DNA of 64,000 nt from the NCBI RefSeq assembly GCF_009914755.1, contig NC_060925.1; one strand, given 5' to 3'. The notes under the pieces were generated by a model that saw nothing but the letters and a program-made list of their open reading frames with translations, ran no database searches and was not told where the DNA came from. Shown one piece after another: positions 1-16,870 of this stretch (position 1 is its first letter; each line of letters begins with the position of its first letter). Origin of the DNA: the human T2T-CHM13v2.0 reference genome, Homo sapiens. Both the position numbers and the translations under genes were made by a program.

Positions 1-1008
1 TCCTCTGAAGCTTTGAAACCAGACATTGACTTCTCTCTTACTATGAAAGTCCTAGATGATATCTTCTTTCAATATAGGTTGTTTTGTCTACATTGAAAAT
101 CTGTTGCTTAATGTAGCCATCTTCATCAGTTATCTTAGCTAGATCTTCTGGATAACTCACTCCTGCTTCTACACTAGCACTTGCTGTTTCACCTTGCACT
201 TTTATATTACAGATACAGCTTCTTTTCTTACACCTTATGAGCCAACCTCTGCTAGCTTCAAACTTTTCTTCCGAAGCTTCCTCACCTCTCTCAACCTTCA
301 CAGAATTGAAGACAGTTAGGGCTTTGCTCTGGATTAGGCTTTGGCTTAGGAGAATGTTGTGGCTGGCTTGGTATTCTATCCGGATCACTAAAACTTTCTC
401 CATATCATGAATAAGCCTGTTTTGCTTCCTTACCATTGATGTGTTCATTGGAGTAGCACTTTTAATTTCCTTCAAGAATTTTTTCTCTGCACTCATATCT
501 TTGCTAAATGTTTGGCACAAGAGGCCTAGCTTTTAGCCTATCTCAACTTCAACATGCCTTCTTCATTAGTCTTTTCACCTGAACATTTAGAGGGCCACGT
601 AGGATTATTAATTGACCTAGTTTCCATATTGTTGTGTCTTAGGGAGTAGGGTGGCCTGAGGAGGGGAAGGAAGATGGGGAATGGCCAGTCTTTGGAGTAG
701 TCAGAACATACACATTTATCAATTAAGTTTGCCATCTTATATGGGCATGAGTTGTGATGCCTCAAAGCAATTACCATACTAACATGGAAAATCACTGATC
801 ACAGAACACCATAACAGATATAATAATAATTTAAAAGTTTGAAATACTGTGAGAATTACCAAATGTGACACAGAGACAGAAAGTGAGCACAGGCTTTTGG
901 GAAAATGGTGCTGATGGACTTGCTGGATGCAAGCTTGCCACAAAACTTCAATTTCTAAAAAAATTCTGTGAAGTGCAATAAAGCAAAGCATAAAACAAAG
1001 TATGCCTG
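1..1008 (-). mobile_element. Tigger1 (TcMar-Tigger) DNA transposon, 5' part, running off the window start
   Basis: The TIR ...GTATGCCTG ends at 1008 and is followed by TA. Minus-strand ORF 41-520 ([11 protein letters not shown]..., [11 protein letters not shown]) is a decayed pogo/CENP-B-like transposase fragment. Confidence 0.93.
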
Positions 1009-1239
1009 TATTAGCAATTAAAGTTTGTGTATAGTCAACTATGTTAATCTTGTTTCATAGTTTCTTAATTTTCTATATGCTTAAGAGATTTCCTCCTAAG
1101 ATATATATGTATTATTCTACATTTTCTTCAAATTTGTTTATAATTTTTCTTTAACACATTTTCCCATTTTTTTTCTAATTATACTGGCAATTTTATAACA
1201 CCTTTAATTTTAGGAATGAGATGTGGAAATGAATAAATG

Positions 1240-1490
1240 ATAGCAATGAACCTTTAGACATTTCTTACAATGTGCCAGGTGCTGTTCTAAGGCCTTTACT
1301 TGTACTAACTGATTTAAGGTTTATAACAACCCTAAGAGGTAGGTGCTATAATTTGCCTCATTTCACAGATGAGGAAACTGGTGTATAGGAAGGTTTAGTA
1401 ACTTTCCCAAGGTCAAAAGACTGGTGAATTTTCATCCTGTATTCAAACCCAGGAAGTCTGGCTCCCAAGTCACTACATTATATGCTACTG
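1240..1490 (-). mobile_element. MIR SINE
   Basis: MIR core: CATTTCACAGATGAGGAAACTG...AACTTTCCCAAGGTCA...ATTCAAACCCAGG. Confidence 0.8.
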
Positions 1491-2175
1491 TCTGGTAAGC
1501 TATTAAATTATGCCCCTAAAGTATGGGAAGTTATGCTGAAATTGATATTTCAACTGATCTTCAACAGTGTATTGAGAAATAAATAGAACTGTGATGAAAG
1601 GAAGTGGAAATAAGAGCCTATACCATAACACGGCACTGTAAGTTGGTGATATTTTCTAGATATGGAGAAAAGATCATTGTCACAGGTGTATCAGATACAT
1701 GGGGTGGAGACTGGGAGCTGAGATAAAAAAGGAAGGTTTTCAGTAATGGGTTTGGTCAGGATTTTACCCTGAATGAGAAAGTAACAGTTTGACTGTTGTT
1801 GGAGTACAGTGTAGAAGTTAAGAACAGATTTTAATTCTGACTCTATTATGATCTAGCTCTCCAAAATCAGAATCTAACCTTTGGTAGAGTCATCTCATAA
1901 ATCAAAATAAAAATCAAGGTTGGTTTAAAGATTTAAATATTATAATGAATGTTCAGCATTTAGCTAAAGTCTGGTCAAGTGATAGGCAGTACTCTCAACT
2001 GCCATTATTACTAGTCAAAGCAAGATTTGGTGAGATAGTGGACAATCTAGTCAGACAGATGAAAAAAAAAACCTTTAAGTGGTAGTAGGCACAGGTTTTG
2101 ACTATCAGGCAAATTCAGAGAAGGAGGAAAAAAAACAAATAAGGATGACACTGATACTTTGAGGTTTCGAGACTA

Positions 2176-2590
<415 letters not shown>

Positions 2591-4478
2591 TTATTTTTAG
2601 AAACATCAAAGTGAGATACTTCAAGTCTAGCTATGAAGATATAGAATATATGTGTATGTATAGAAGTCTCTCTATATTCTGATTATCCCAATATTAACAA
2701 GACATAATAAAATCAGTTTATAAAATATTATATCTACTAAAATCTCTGTTAATCAATATCACCATGTTTTACCAGTAGAATAAAAAATTATAAAGTACAT
2801 AACATTGACTCTGAGAAACTGTAATAGCTTAAAGTGCCTTCTGGATCCCCAGAGATTAAATTATATAGAGTATTATTTTACTGTTTAATGTATTTTATTG
2901 CATTCTAATTATATAAATGTATGTAAACCACAAAAGCTATGAGTATGAAGAAAATGCATTCTGGTTTCTGGAACGGTCTCAATTTTAAGATTATTTATCT
3001 GTTTAGTAAGCTGTGTATTTAAAAATAATAACATTTATTGAGTTCATCCACTGACTGTCAAGTATCTCTGTGTGTCCACAGCATAGGCAATGTTAACACA
3101 GAGCTGGTGATAGCAGGAGACGGATCTGCAGAGACAAGCAAGGGTAGCTTCATCAAGGCAACACCCATTTCTTGAAACAATGGCTGTCTCCAAACAAAGT
3201 CTCCACTGCTCTTTATTTGCCTCTGAAAAATATCTAGCTGATTATGCAAAAATGCCCTACTCTTTTGCTATGCTAGGTTAAATTAAATTTATTATGTTGT
3301 TATGTTTCCGTTTTTATTATTTCTGAATACTGATACAGTGTTTTTAGAAGCCAGATTAGAGTTTTTCAAATTAGAGTTTCAAAATGTTCTCCTAACCCGA
3401 GGAAATTAATTTTATGAGCGACTTAAGCATCTACACTCTAAAAAGACACCTGCTTTCTCATGGTAAATATATGACTTTAGGATAATTTAAAGAGCCTTTG
3501 AAAAGTTAAAAAAGATCAGCAAAATCTACTAATAAAAACAGACAAGATGCTCAGGGGATTCAAAGTAGGTTAAGCTATCAAAATATAAATGCCATTTGAG
3601 AGGGATTCTGGCACTAAATTTAGGATTTTAGCATTTTGACACTGATAAATCTTGCTGCAGGGTTCCTAAATCTGATGAGAACACCTGGTAGTGATGCCCA
3701 AATGCCTGAATTAAAATATAGTTTTGATATTTCAGTTATTAGATTAAAATCAGAAACCTTTAAACACACAATAATTTATGTAGGATCCTTTTTGTGGGAG
3801 ACTTCTAAAGTAGAGATTGACTCAGTTTGACTCTGGAAAGCTTCTAAATTGAAGACTTTAAGTGTATATGCCTTGGCCATATGATGCAATTTTATTCCAT
3901 ATCAAATGGAGAAGTCAAAAAGTAGAGTATGATATCATGCTGTTAAGACATAATGAGAAGATTTAAAAATTCTTTTAAATAAACTCTTTAATGGAAATAT
4001 TCAGAGAGGATAAAAATATTCAGGTGGTATGATTTGACCTTTAGAGTCACATAAGAAAGATGAGTTAAATTCATTATTTATCTAGGTATTGCCTATTATA
4101 AAATAATAGAGACTTCAAGTGCTTTATATATAACCATTAGAAAGATTCGTGCATAAGCCAGTCTCCATAACATAATTGAGTACTGCAAAAATATCTGTGA
4201 GCTGAGTAATCCAGATGATATACAACACTACTACAAAGCAATTTTAATTGACATAGAAAATAAAGGTATTTTAAGAACACTTTTATAACATAAGAGATGA
4301 TAAACAGAAAGCCTCTCTTTCTCCAAAGCTTTGTTTCAGTGTTGCTCAGAACAGAATATTGGGTATGGATATAATGAATTTCCCTTTTATTAATATATCA
4401 GCATTTTTCAAAAAATTGTCTCATATTAAAGCCCATTAGAACAGCAAAAATAAATGTAAAAGAATCTTCAAACCTGCT

Positions 4479-5383
4479 GGGAGGAGCCAAGATGGCCGAA
4501 TAGGAACAGCTCCGGTCTACAGCTCCCAGCATGAGCGACGCAGAAGACGGTGATTTCTGCATTTCCATCTGAGATACCGGGTTCATCTCTCTAGGGAGTG
4601 CCAGACAGTGGGCGCAGGTCAGTGGGTGCGCGCACCGTGCGCGAGCCAAAGCAGGGCGAGGCATTGCCTCACTCGGGAAGCGCAAGGGGTCAGGGAGTTC
4701 CCTTTCCAAGTCAAAGAAAGGGGTGACTGACAGCACCTGGAAAATCGGGTCACTCCCATCCAAATACTGCGCTTTTCCGACAGGCTTAAAAAACGGCGGA
4801 GTTTATATCCCGCACGTGGCTGGGAGGGTACTACGCCCACGGAGTCTCGCTGATTGCTAGCACAGCAGTCTGAGATCAAACTGCAAGGCGGCAGTGAGGC
4901 TGGGGGAGGGGTGTCCGCCATTGCCCAGGCTTGCTTAGGTAAACAAAGCAGCCAGGAAGCTCGAACTGGGTGGAGCCCACCACAGCTCAAGGAGGCCTGC
5001 CTGCCTCTGTAGGCTCCACCTCTGGGGGCAGGGCACAGACAAACAAAAAGACAGCAGTAACCTCTGCAGACTTAAATGTCCCTGTCTGACAGCTTTGAAG
5101 AGAGCAGTGGTTCTCCCAGCACGCAGCTGGAGATCTGAGAACGGGCAGACTGCCTCCTCAAGTGGGTCCCTGACCCCTGACCCCTGACCCCTGAGCAGCC
5201 TAACTGGGAGGCACCCCTCAGCAGGGCAACACTGACACCTCAAACAGCAGGGTATACCAACAGACCTGCAGCTGAGGGTCCTGTCTGTTAGAAGGAAAAC
5301 TAACAAACAGAAAGGACATCCACACCAAAAACCCATCTGTACGTCACCATCATCAAAGACCAAAAGTAGATAAAACCACAAAG
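4479..5383 (+). promoter_or_regulatory. L1 5'UTR internal sense promoter (YY1 site CAAGATGGCC 4488-4497) and antisense promoter region; CpG-rich
   Basis: Matches the L1 5'UTR and retains many CpGs, in contrast to the flanks. Confidence 0.8.
4619..4921 (-). CDS. L1 antisense ORF0, open reading frame of 100 aa (MADTPPPASLPPCSLISDCCASNQRDSVGV...); expression unknown
   Basis: ATG on the minus strand at 4921-4919, within ORF track 4619..4990. The N-terminus matches L1 ORF0 as recalled. Confidence 0.65.
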   Translation of the reverse strand: MADTPPPASLPPCSLISDCCASNQRDSVGVVPSQPRAGYKLRRFLSLSEKRSIWMGVTRFSRCCQSPLSLTWKGNSLTPCASRVRQCLALLWLAHGARTH

Positions 5384-6399
5384 ATGGGGAAAAAACTGAA
5401 CAGAAAATCTGGAAACTCTAAAAAGCAGAGTGCCTCTCCTCCTCCAAAGGAATGCAGTTCCGCACCAGCAACAGAACAAAGCTGGATGGAGAATGACTTT
5501 GACGAGCTGAGAGAAGAAGGCTTCAGATGATCAAATTACTCTGAGCTATGGGAGGACATTCAAACCAAAGGCAAAGAAGTTGAAAACTTTGAAAAAAATT
5601 TAGAAGAATGTATAACTAGAATAACAATACAGAGAAGTGCTTAAAGGACTTGATGGAGCTGAAAACCAAGGCTCGAGAACTACGTGAAGAATGCAGAAGC
5701 CTCAGGAGCCAATGTGATCAACTGGAAGAAAGGGTATCAGCGATGGAAGATGAAATGAATGAAATGAAGCGAGAAGGGAAGTTTAGAGAAAGAAGAATAA
5801 AAAGAAATGAGCCAAGCCTCCAAGAAATATGGGACTATGTGAAAAGACCAAATCTACGTCTGATTGGTGTACCTGAAAGTGATGGGGAGAATGGAACCAA
5901 GTTGGAAAACACTCTGCAGGATATTATCCAGGAGAACTTCCCCAATCTAACAAGGCAGGCCAACGTTCAGATTCAGGAAATACAGAGAACGCCACAAAGA
6001 TACTCCTTGAGAAGAGCAACTCCGAGACACGTAATTGTCAGATTCACCAAAGTTGAAATGAAGGAAAAAATGTTAACGGCAGCCAGAGAGAAAGGTTGGG
6101 TTACCCTCAAAGGGAAGCCCATCAGACTAACAGCGGATCTCTCGGCAGAAACCCTACAAGCCAGAAGAGAGTGGGGGCCAATATTCAACATTCTTAATGA
6201 AAAGAATTTTCAACCCAGAATTTCATATCCAGCGAAACTAAGCTTCATAAGTGAAGGAGAAATAAAATACTTTACAGACAAGCAAATGCTGAGAGATTTT
6301 GTCACCACCAGGCCTGCCCTAAAAGAGCTCCTGAAGGAAGCGCTAAACATGGAAAGGAACAACCGGTACCAGCCGCTGCAAAATCATGCCAAAATGTAA
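5384..6399 (+). pseudogene. L1 ORF1p, disrupted
   Basis: ATGGGGAAAAAA at 5384. Premature TGA at 5528-5530 (codon 49, CpG decay) and a 1-bp deletion near 5625. The C-terminal 249 aa (5650-6399) are in frame. Confidence 0.93.
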
Positions 6400-6462
6400 A
6401 GACCATCAAGACTAGGAAGAAACTGCATCAACTAACAAGCAAAATAACCAGCTAACATCATA

Positions 6463-10288
<3,826 letters not shown>

Positions 10289-10841
10289 ACAGTGAGATCA
10301 CATGGACACAAGAAGGGGAATATCACACTCTGGGGACTGTTGTGGGGTGGGGGGAGAGGGGAGGGATAGCATTGGGAGATATACCTAATGCTAGATGACG
10401 AGTTAGTGGGTGCAGTGCGCCAGCATGGCACATGTATACATATGTAACTAACCTGCACAATGTGCACATGTCCCCTAAAACTTAAAGTATAATAAAAAAA
10501 AAAAAAAGAATCTTCAAACCTAATGCCTAGAACATTTTATCAACATTAAACTTCTATTTAAAGTTTATTCTTAGCTATCTATAAGAAACGTTTACTAGGA
10601 AGCAGAAAAAATAAGCTCTTTCTAAAAGAGTATATTTGCAATTTGAACTTTCAAAAATTGATAAAGCAGTACACACATTTATTTTTAGAAATTGAAGCTG
10701 CAAAGCTAAGCAATTTCCTACTATGACATGTGTGTTGGACAGTGTAGGGCATAGCAATGATTAGTGATTTTCAGCAGCCTTTCTTGAATAGGCATTGAAA
10801 ATAGCTAAACAAAAAAAGAGAAATGAGCTGAATTCTTGGAG

Positions 10842-11675
10842 TTAATATTTTGGAGTGAATTATAAAACAGAGTTCTTGCAATAATGCATGTAAATTAAAA
10901 ATAGGTTAGCAAAGCATGAGTAAAAATAGTCAATTTTCAAATACTTTTCACAGCTCTCCGAGTCTGACATATTTCTCTGGCTAAAAGGGAAGAAACATAT
11001 CGGCACTCATGTTGGGAAGACCTTAGAACAGCAAAGTACTAAAACTTGCCAAACCAACTTCAAGTGGCTTTCTTGTTAGTGCAATACACACTGCACTGAG
11101 TTCCTGAGCATAATATTTCCACCCTTTCCCATGGAGTCTGCTTAAATTTGAAGATTTTTTTTCTAGTAGGTGTATTGTCCTTAATTTTGGAGGAAGTTTT
11201 AAAAAGGTGGATTAATGTTATATATGCTTCCGAGAATATTATGCAACCATGAAGCTTTGCACTTCAACATAAATGAATCCCAAAAAGAGCCAGATGAACT
11301 GTTGGCTGGGAGGCAGAGCCTTAGGATGTTTCAAATTCATCGTGACTTCACATAAAGGTCCTCTCTGGAGTATGAAAGTCAATTTTACAGGTGTAAAATA
11401 AAGGAAAAGACGACAGTCTGAAAGTCAAACGAAATTCCAGGACCACCTGTATTTCAGTGAGGTAAGTGTTATAATAAAGTGTTATGGGTAGATACATAAA
11501 AGACAACTAATTTACAGTAAAAATAAATTGGGGGACTATTAAGAGACTGTCTTAATGTGGAATGAATTTTACAGAGTTTTTATGGTAACATTTGTAGATT
11601 AAAATTAGGTCAGTAAAGCATGAGTAAAAATAGTTAATTTTCAAATATTTATCACAGAGCTTTCTAGTTTACATT
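10842..11675 (+). repeat. Diverged ~125-bp direct repeat pair (about 10842-10970 and 11552-11675)
   Basis: 33-bp core AAAGCATGAGTAAAAATAGT[C/T]AATTTTCAAATA at 10911-10943 and 11615-11647 (1 mismatch), with alignable flanks. Confidence 0.85.
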
Positions 11676-12779
11676 TAAGAATATATTCTGCTGCATTGGT
11701 TTGATATGCACAGGATTATTTTGTCTCCACGTAGGGGTAGGAAAGAAAACAAATTTGTTTTGCAATAGCCCAGTTTAATAGAGGTGGTACAAACTTTAGG
11801 AAGTATTTTAATTTTAGTTAAATTGATCCAGGTTAATTTGGAGACAATTATGAAGCACATACAAATTACAAATCATAAAATGGTAATTGTATTTGCAGTT
11901 GTAAGAACCCAAAAGATTTAAGCTCCATTAGCTAAGAATAAAATGCTGATAACCATGAGTCACAGCCATGGTTTGGATGTACTCAGAAAAGTTAACTACG
12001 TAAAAAAATGTCACCTTCTTATTCAGCATATTAGCTCCCTGGGTGTTTTCAAGACATATCTGCTGGCTTTTCTTTTAAAATTACACTTCCCTTAGCTACG
12101 CTGTGATATTACAGCTATGGAAGAGTGAGCTGGCTTCACCCTGCCTCATGCATCATCAGCCAAACTGTCAGTAAAGTGCTAATTGCAGAAACTTTATTAC
12201 TTGAGGTGATACTGAACCAGAGAGAACACAGCTTGATTTTTCATAATCTAAACTTTGCAATGTGAGCAATTAGAAAAAAAAAAAAACTTTCCTTTTTGTT
12301 TCAATTTCTAAGCTAAGCAAAATTAAAATGGATGTCATTGACAGTAAAATAGAAACTTAAAAATGTTGTCCTTCTAGGTGACTTTATAACTTAGTATAAA
12401 ATCCCATTAACCCCTTTTTATAAAAATGCATAATTTGAAGCCTAACAGCACTTGCAATTCTATGACACATTTGGCTACCTGTAATTGGAGAAAGACAGAA
12501 CTTTATTTTCTGCTTCTGTCATTTTTGTATTTTCTGTAGAGGAAATATACTTCAAAGATATGCTTTATATATACTCTCTAAATTTATATATTTCCTATGG
12601 GATCTGAAATATTTAAAGCACCTTTAAACACTATTTCAGAAAATGGGTTTGCAGGTAGCACAAGAAATTTCCTCTAGAAATATAAAAATAGATGAGGATG
12701 GTTTAATGGAAAATTTATTGGAATAGATGCATGGAATGTTGGGACCATTTTTAGGGCAAATTCCATGGGGAGTGATTAG

Positions 12780-13900
12780 AAAAATCAGCAAATATAATTC
12801 CATGTGAAATCCTTGGGAAAATTCAGTATACAATAAAACACGAGTGGGATATCTAAATCAGACCTAAGGGTCTAAAAAGAAAACAAACCTATGATAGCCT
12901 CTTAAGGAGGAGAAATAATTAGGGACAGGATGGTAGAAAAGGCAAAGAAAGGAAAAATAGTTTTCTCAGTATAGGAAACAATGTACAACGTCCTTGGGAT
13001 TATTTCTCCTTTTTATGGTTGTAATGTAGAAAGACTGAAAGTCAACAGGAGTAAATTCTACTGATTAAGTGGGTGGTGTGGATTAGAAGGACACTGGCCT
13101 ATAAAGTTAACTGTGCAAAATCTTGAAAGGGCTTGCGAGCCATGCTAGAGAATTTCAAATTGATCAGAAGGGCAATAGGAAATCATATAGGGTTTTGCAT
13201 AGGAATTTAACATGAGCAGATTTGTATTTTTTAGGGGTCAGTCTTATTGACGTCTGGAGAGTTGCCTGGAGAGAGACAAGGCTGAAAATAGGGAAACCAT
13301 TAAAAAAGCTATTACAGCAATCCACATAGGCTATGATCTAAGGCACAGCTGGGGTGGTAGCAGAAGGAACAGATGAATTTGAAAGATACTTAGGAGATAA
13401 AATCAACAGGTAAATGACTAGGTGTGTGAGGCAAGGGAGATGGGAGATTCAGAAATGGCACTTGGGTTTCCGGTCAGGACAACAGAATGGACGGTAATGT
13501 AATTTGCTAGAACACAGGAAAGAGAGTGGGTTTGGGTAATAAAGGTGATTTCAGCCGTGGACCTGTTAAGATTTCCTATGAGATTTACATGAAATTAATG
13601 TAAGTTGAATAGTGGATCACGAAATATAAGCCAGATGGAAAGAAAGTAAAAAGAGAAAGTTGATGATAGGAGGAAAGGAGAGGGGTCAAGATTTGGAAGT
13701 ATCCATAAATTACATGGACAAGTGTGGAGGAGTAACCACTAGAGGTCCAAGTTGGTAAGAGATTATGCTCAGAAAGTGGGATATCTGCATTCATGAATTC
13801 AGAAGTAGACATGTCCTGGTGAAGACAAGTGCACAGGTGGCTGTGGGAGTGGTTGGCTGAAGTGGAGTTAAGGTAAGGGTCCTTGGAAATGAGGCACTAG
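12780..13900 (-). mobile_element. L2 LINE fragment
   Basis: Typical antisense L2 text (GGGCAATAGGAAATCAT...GCAGATTTGTATTTT...GCTATTACAGCAATCCA). Confidence 0.7.
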
Positions 13901-14454
13901 CAGCTCAACTCAGTGCTGGGGTTTCACTTTCCTGGAGTTCATGCTGCTGTTTCGTTTGGAACTCAGATGCTTTTAGGGTACTGAGTATGTTTTCACTAAT
14001 ATCTGTACCTTAATATTTGTGCCCATACACACAGGGGGTCATGTATAAAATTCTTTGGTGGGTGATTCTGCTGTATCTAATTATCTCATGGAGAAAATGG
14101 AACTTACTGAAGAAAAGAATGGCAGCTCTTCTGCAAATAAATAAGCAAATACACATAAGCTTGTAATACATTACTGTTAAAACCAGAGAAAAGAACCTGC
14201 TTTATAATTAATTTAATTAACATATTCACCACTATTGGATTCAGTTTAATTTAATAAAATTTGGTTTAAAAGTTCTGGCATAGATAAAACTAAATGTTTA
14301 TATAAACAAGCATTTGAACAGCTGAGGGAAAAGATTGATCGTTGAGGGCTAAAGGTTTAAGAGCCTTATAGAAGATGTAACAATTGATCTGAACCTTAGA
14401 AGATGGGTTAAAATCTAAACTAGGGAACCTATACTATATACTAATTATACATTT

Positions 14455-14600
14455 AATAGGCTTGGGTTCAAATCCTGACTCTGCCTCTTTCTGGCTGTAA
14501 GCCCTTGTTCAAATTAATTAGTCTTTCTAAAAATAAATGTTCTCATCTGTAATATAAAAATATTAATAGTCTTACTTATAAAATGTAAGTACATTTAAAA
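14455..14600 (+). mobile_element. MIR fragment
   Basis: GGGTTCAAATCCTGACTCTGCC...TTCTCATCTGTAA. Confidence 0.7.
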
Positions 14601-14834
14601 GCTTTTGTCCTGTAGTAATTGACTGAAATACAAGCACTAAAAGTGTTAATCATCAAAAGCATAAAAATTATATAATATAGAGGTTATATATAGAGAAGAA
14701 ATTAATATATTTTAAAACTGAACATTTTTGTTGTGAAAAAAACTATAAAAAATTTAAACAGAATTAAAAATGCATTTATTGTATCCCAAATATTGGCAAA
14801 TGATATCATCAGAATATACCAGATGGTTGATACC

Positions 14835-15185
14835 ATTAGTGTTGCCCAATAATTGTTTATTTTCATTTATCAGTACACAGATAATTATGCTTTCCTTTCT
14901 ACTTGAAGTTAGGTGTGGCCAGTGATTGGTTCTGGCCAGTGAAATGTAAGTGGAAATATCTCCTTCAATAAAGCACTTAATTACTTGACCTTAATTCTCC
15001 AATTCTCTTCTGCCATGCAAACCTCTAAGCCTGGTGTTAAAATGGAATTATCAAAAAATGTAGAATATTCAATAACCTGGTTGTTTGAGCTCCAGATTTC
15101 TAATTCACATGTGCTGACCATGAGCAAGAGCCAAATGGGCATTGTTTGTTATGCCACATAATTTAAACTGTACTAACTGATACCA
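14835..15185 (+). mobile_element. MLT1-type MaLR LTR (old subfamily)
   Basis: CTTGAAGTTAGGTGTGGCCAGTGATTGGTTCTGGCCAGTGAAATGTAAG...TTGTTTGTTATG...ACTGATACCA. Confidence 0.65.
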
Positions 15186-16224
15186 GTTATAAGGTTCTCT
15201 ATCTCAAATGAGAGAATAGATTGAGAGAAAGCAATGTTATCTTTTATCTAGGCCTGGGCAGACATATATTAACATGCGTTGATAAATAAATATGTGTCAG
15301 ACACATATTGATAAATCAAGAAGAAAATAGTAAAGTTAAGATATATAATAAATGGTAACATAATTTTATCCTCCTAACAAATACATAGACAATGATATAG
15401 TTAACATTATCCATATTAAATAGTTTATCATCTTAAAAATCATTTTCTAAGTTTTTAATTTCATGTGACACAGATAGCATTTCCTCTTTCCATGTTGCCT
15501 CCCTTCTAAGAGCTTATAGTCTAAGACCAATAATATAGCATAGGTTAAGTATGAAGCAAACAATCTGTTAAATATATCAGGGTTCTAGGTATGATGAAAG
15601 GCATGATAAAAGGCACAATTAGGAGTGAGAAACACATGATGAAATAAACCTAAATGCTCTTTCTACTTGGTGGGTAGCTTGATGGGTTCCCCTTCCCTGA
15701 TAGAATGAAAAGCATTTGTTGAGAAAGTAAAACATTATTGACATTGGAATACATAATGGAAAAGGGCTAAGACACAAAAGGGTGTTTATGGCAATCATAG
15801 GTAATGTCTCAACTCAAAATGTGGAGAAGGTTACCGTAGTGAAGTCTTCAAACTGTCATCTAGGTATCTAGGAACCACAGGCAGTAAGGATTGTGTCTGG
15901 ATGTTACTGTGCCTCTGATGATACCACTGCCATTTCAGTAGAGTGGATCTCCATGTCAAGTGGATCTATGCTAAGAGTCCTTGGCACAGATTTCTGATCC
16001 CTTCAATCCTGAAGAATTGGTATGAATAGTTCCATTTTGCTTTGTGGCAATAGTTCTGACTCTGAAGTCAACCCTAATCACAAAATATCTCTGTGAATTG
16101 AAAGTGAACAAGAGATGTCAATGAAAATTCTCAGTGCTTCTCAGAACTGTAAGGCCTCCAAAGAAGTGTAAATTTAGGAAGGCTATGCAGAAAATGGCAG
16201 GATGACAGTTCGTTCTCCACCCTA

Positions 16225-16870
16225 TAGCAGAAGTGATCTTTGAAATGCTGGTCTGCTCATATTATTTCTACTGTTACTTAAAACCCTTCAATGGCTTTCC
16301 ATTCCTCTTAAATTGATGGCCACGAAGAACCTCAAGATAAAAAGATAAAATGACCCAAAAGACAATAAATGATGTGAACACTGTCTACCTTTCCAGCTCT
16401 TCTCTTATTCTTTCCTTATCATTTCCTTCCCTGGAGCCATCACTCTAGATCAGCCATGCTTCCTCCCACCATGAAGATCTTACACATGCAATTATCTCTA
16501 CCAAGATGTTTTTCCTTCCCTTCCCTTCTTAGTAGTTAACACTGCTTATCTCTCAGCCACATGTCATCTACCATTTCTTATGGAGTCTTATATTACTCCT
16601 TGGCTAAGTCACATCCTCCTGCAATAGGGCTTTGTACCACTGAGGACCTCCCCTTTGTGGTCATTGTCAGAATTGAAATTTAATAATTGTGTAGGCATAA
16701 TTCATTGATGGATATTTGTTGTTATACATATTTTTTTATTTTGCTGGAAGGTAAACTCTACAAAAACAAGAGGATATGTAGGTTTCCATTTAGCTTGTTT
16801 TGCCAGTGTTTGCTGAAGGGTCAAACAAGTGGCAGATTTTGAATACATACTGGTTGAATAAATTAACATT
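16225..16870 (+). mobile_element. L2 3' fragment
   Basis: AAAACCCTTCAATGGCTTTCC... with terminal TGGTTGAATAAAT. Confidence 0.65.

Noticed and set aside
3058-3249. 63-aa minus-strand ORF in unique sequence
   Set aside because: No recognisable homology, a non-ATG start and no convincing splice sites.
4398-5381. Other antisense ORFs in the L1 5'UTR (121 and 148 aa)
   Set aside because: These are generic L1 5'UTR antisense frames, often mis-annotated as proteins.
10332-10366. G-quadruplex-like G-runs (also at ~53342-53375)
   Set aside because: A standard L1PA 3'UTR feature, not novel.
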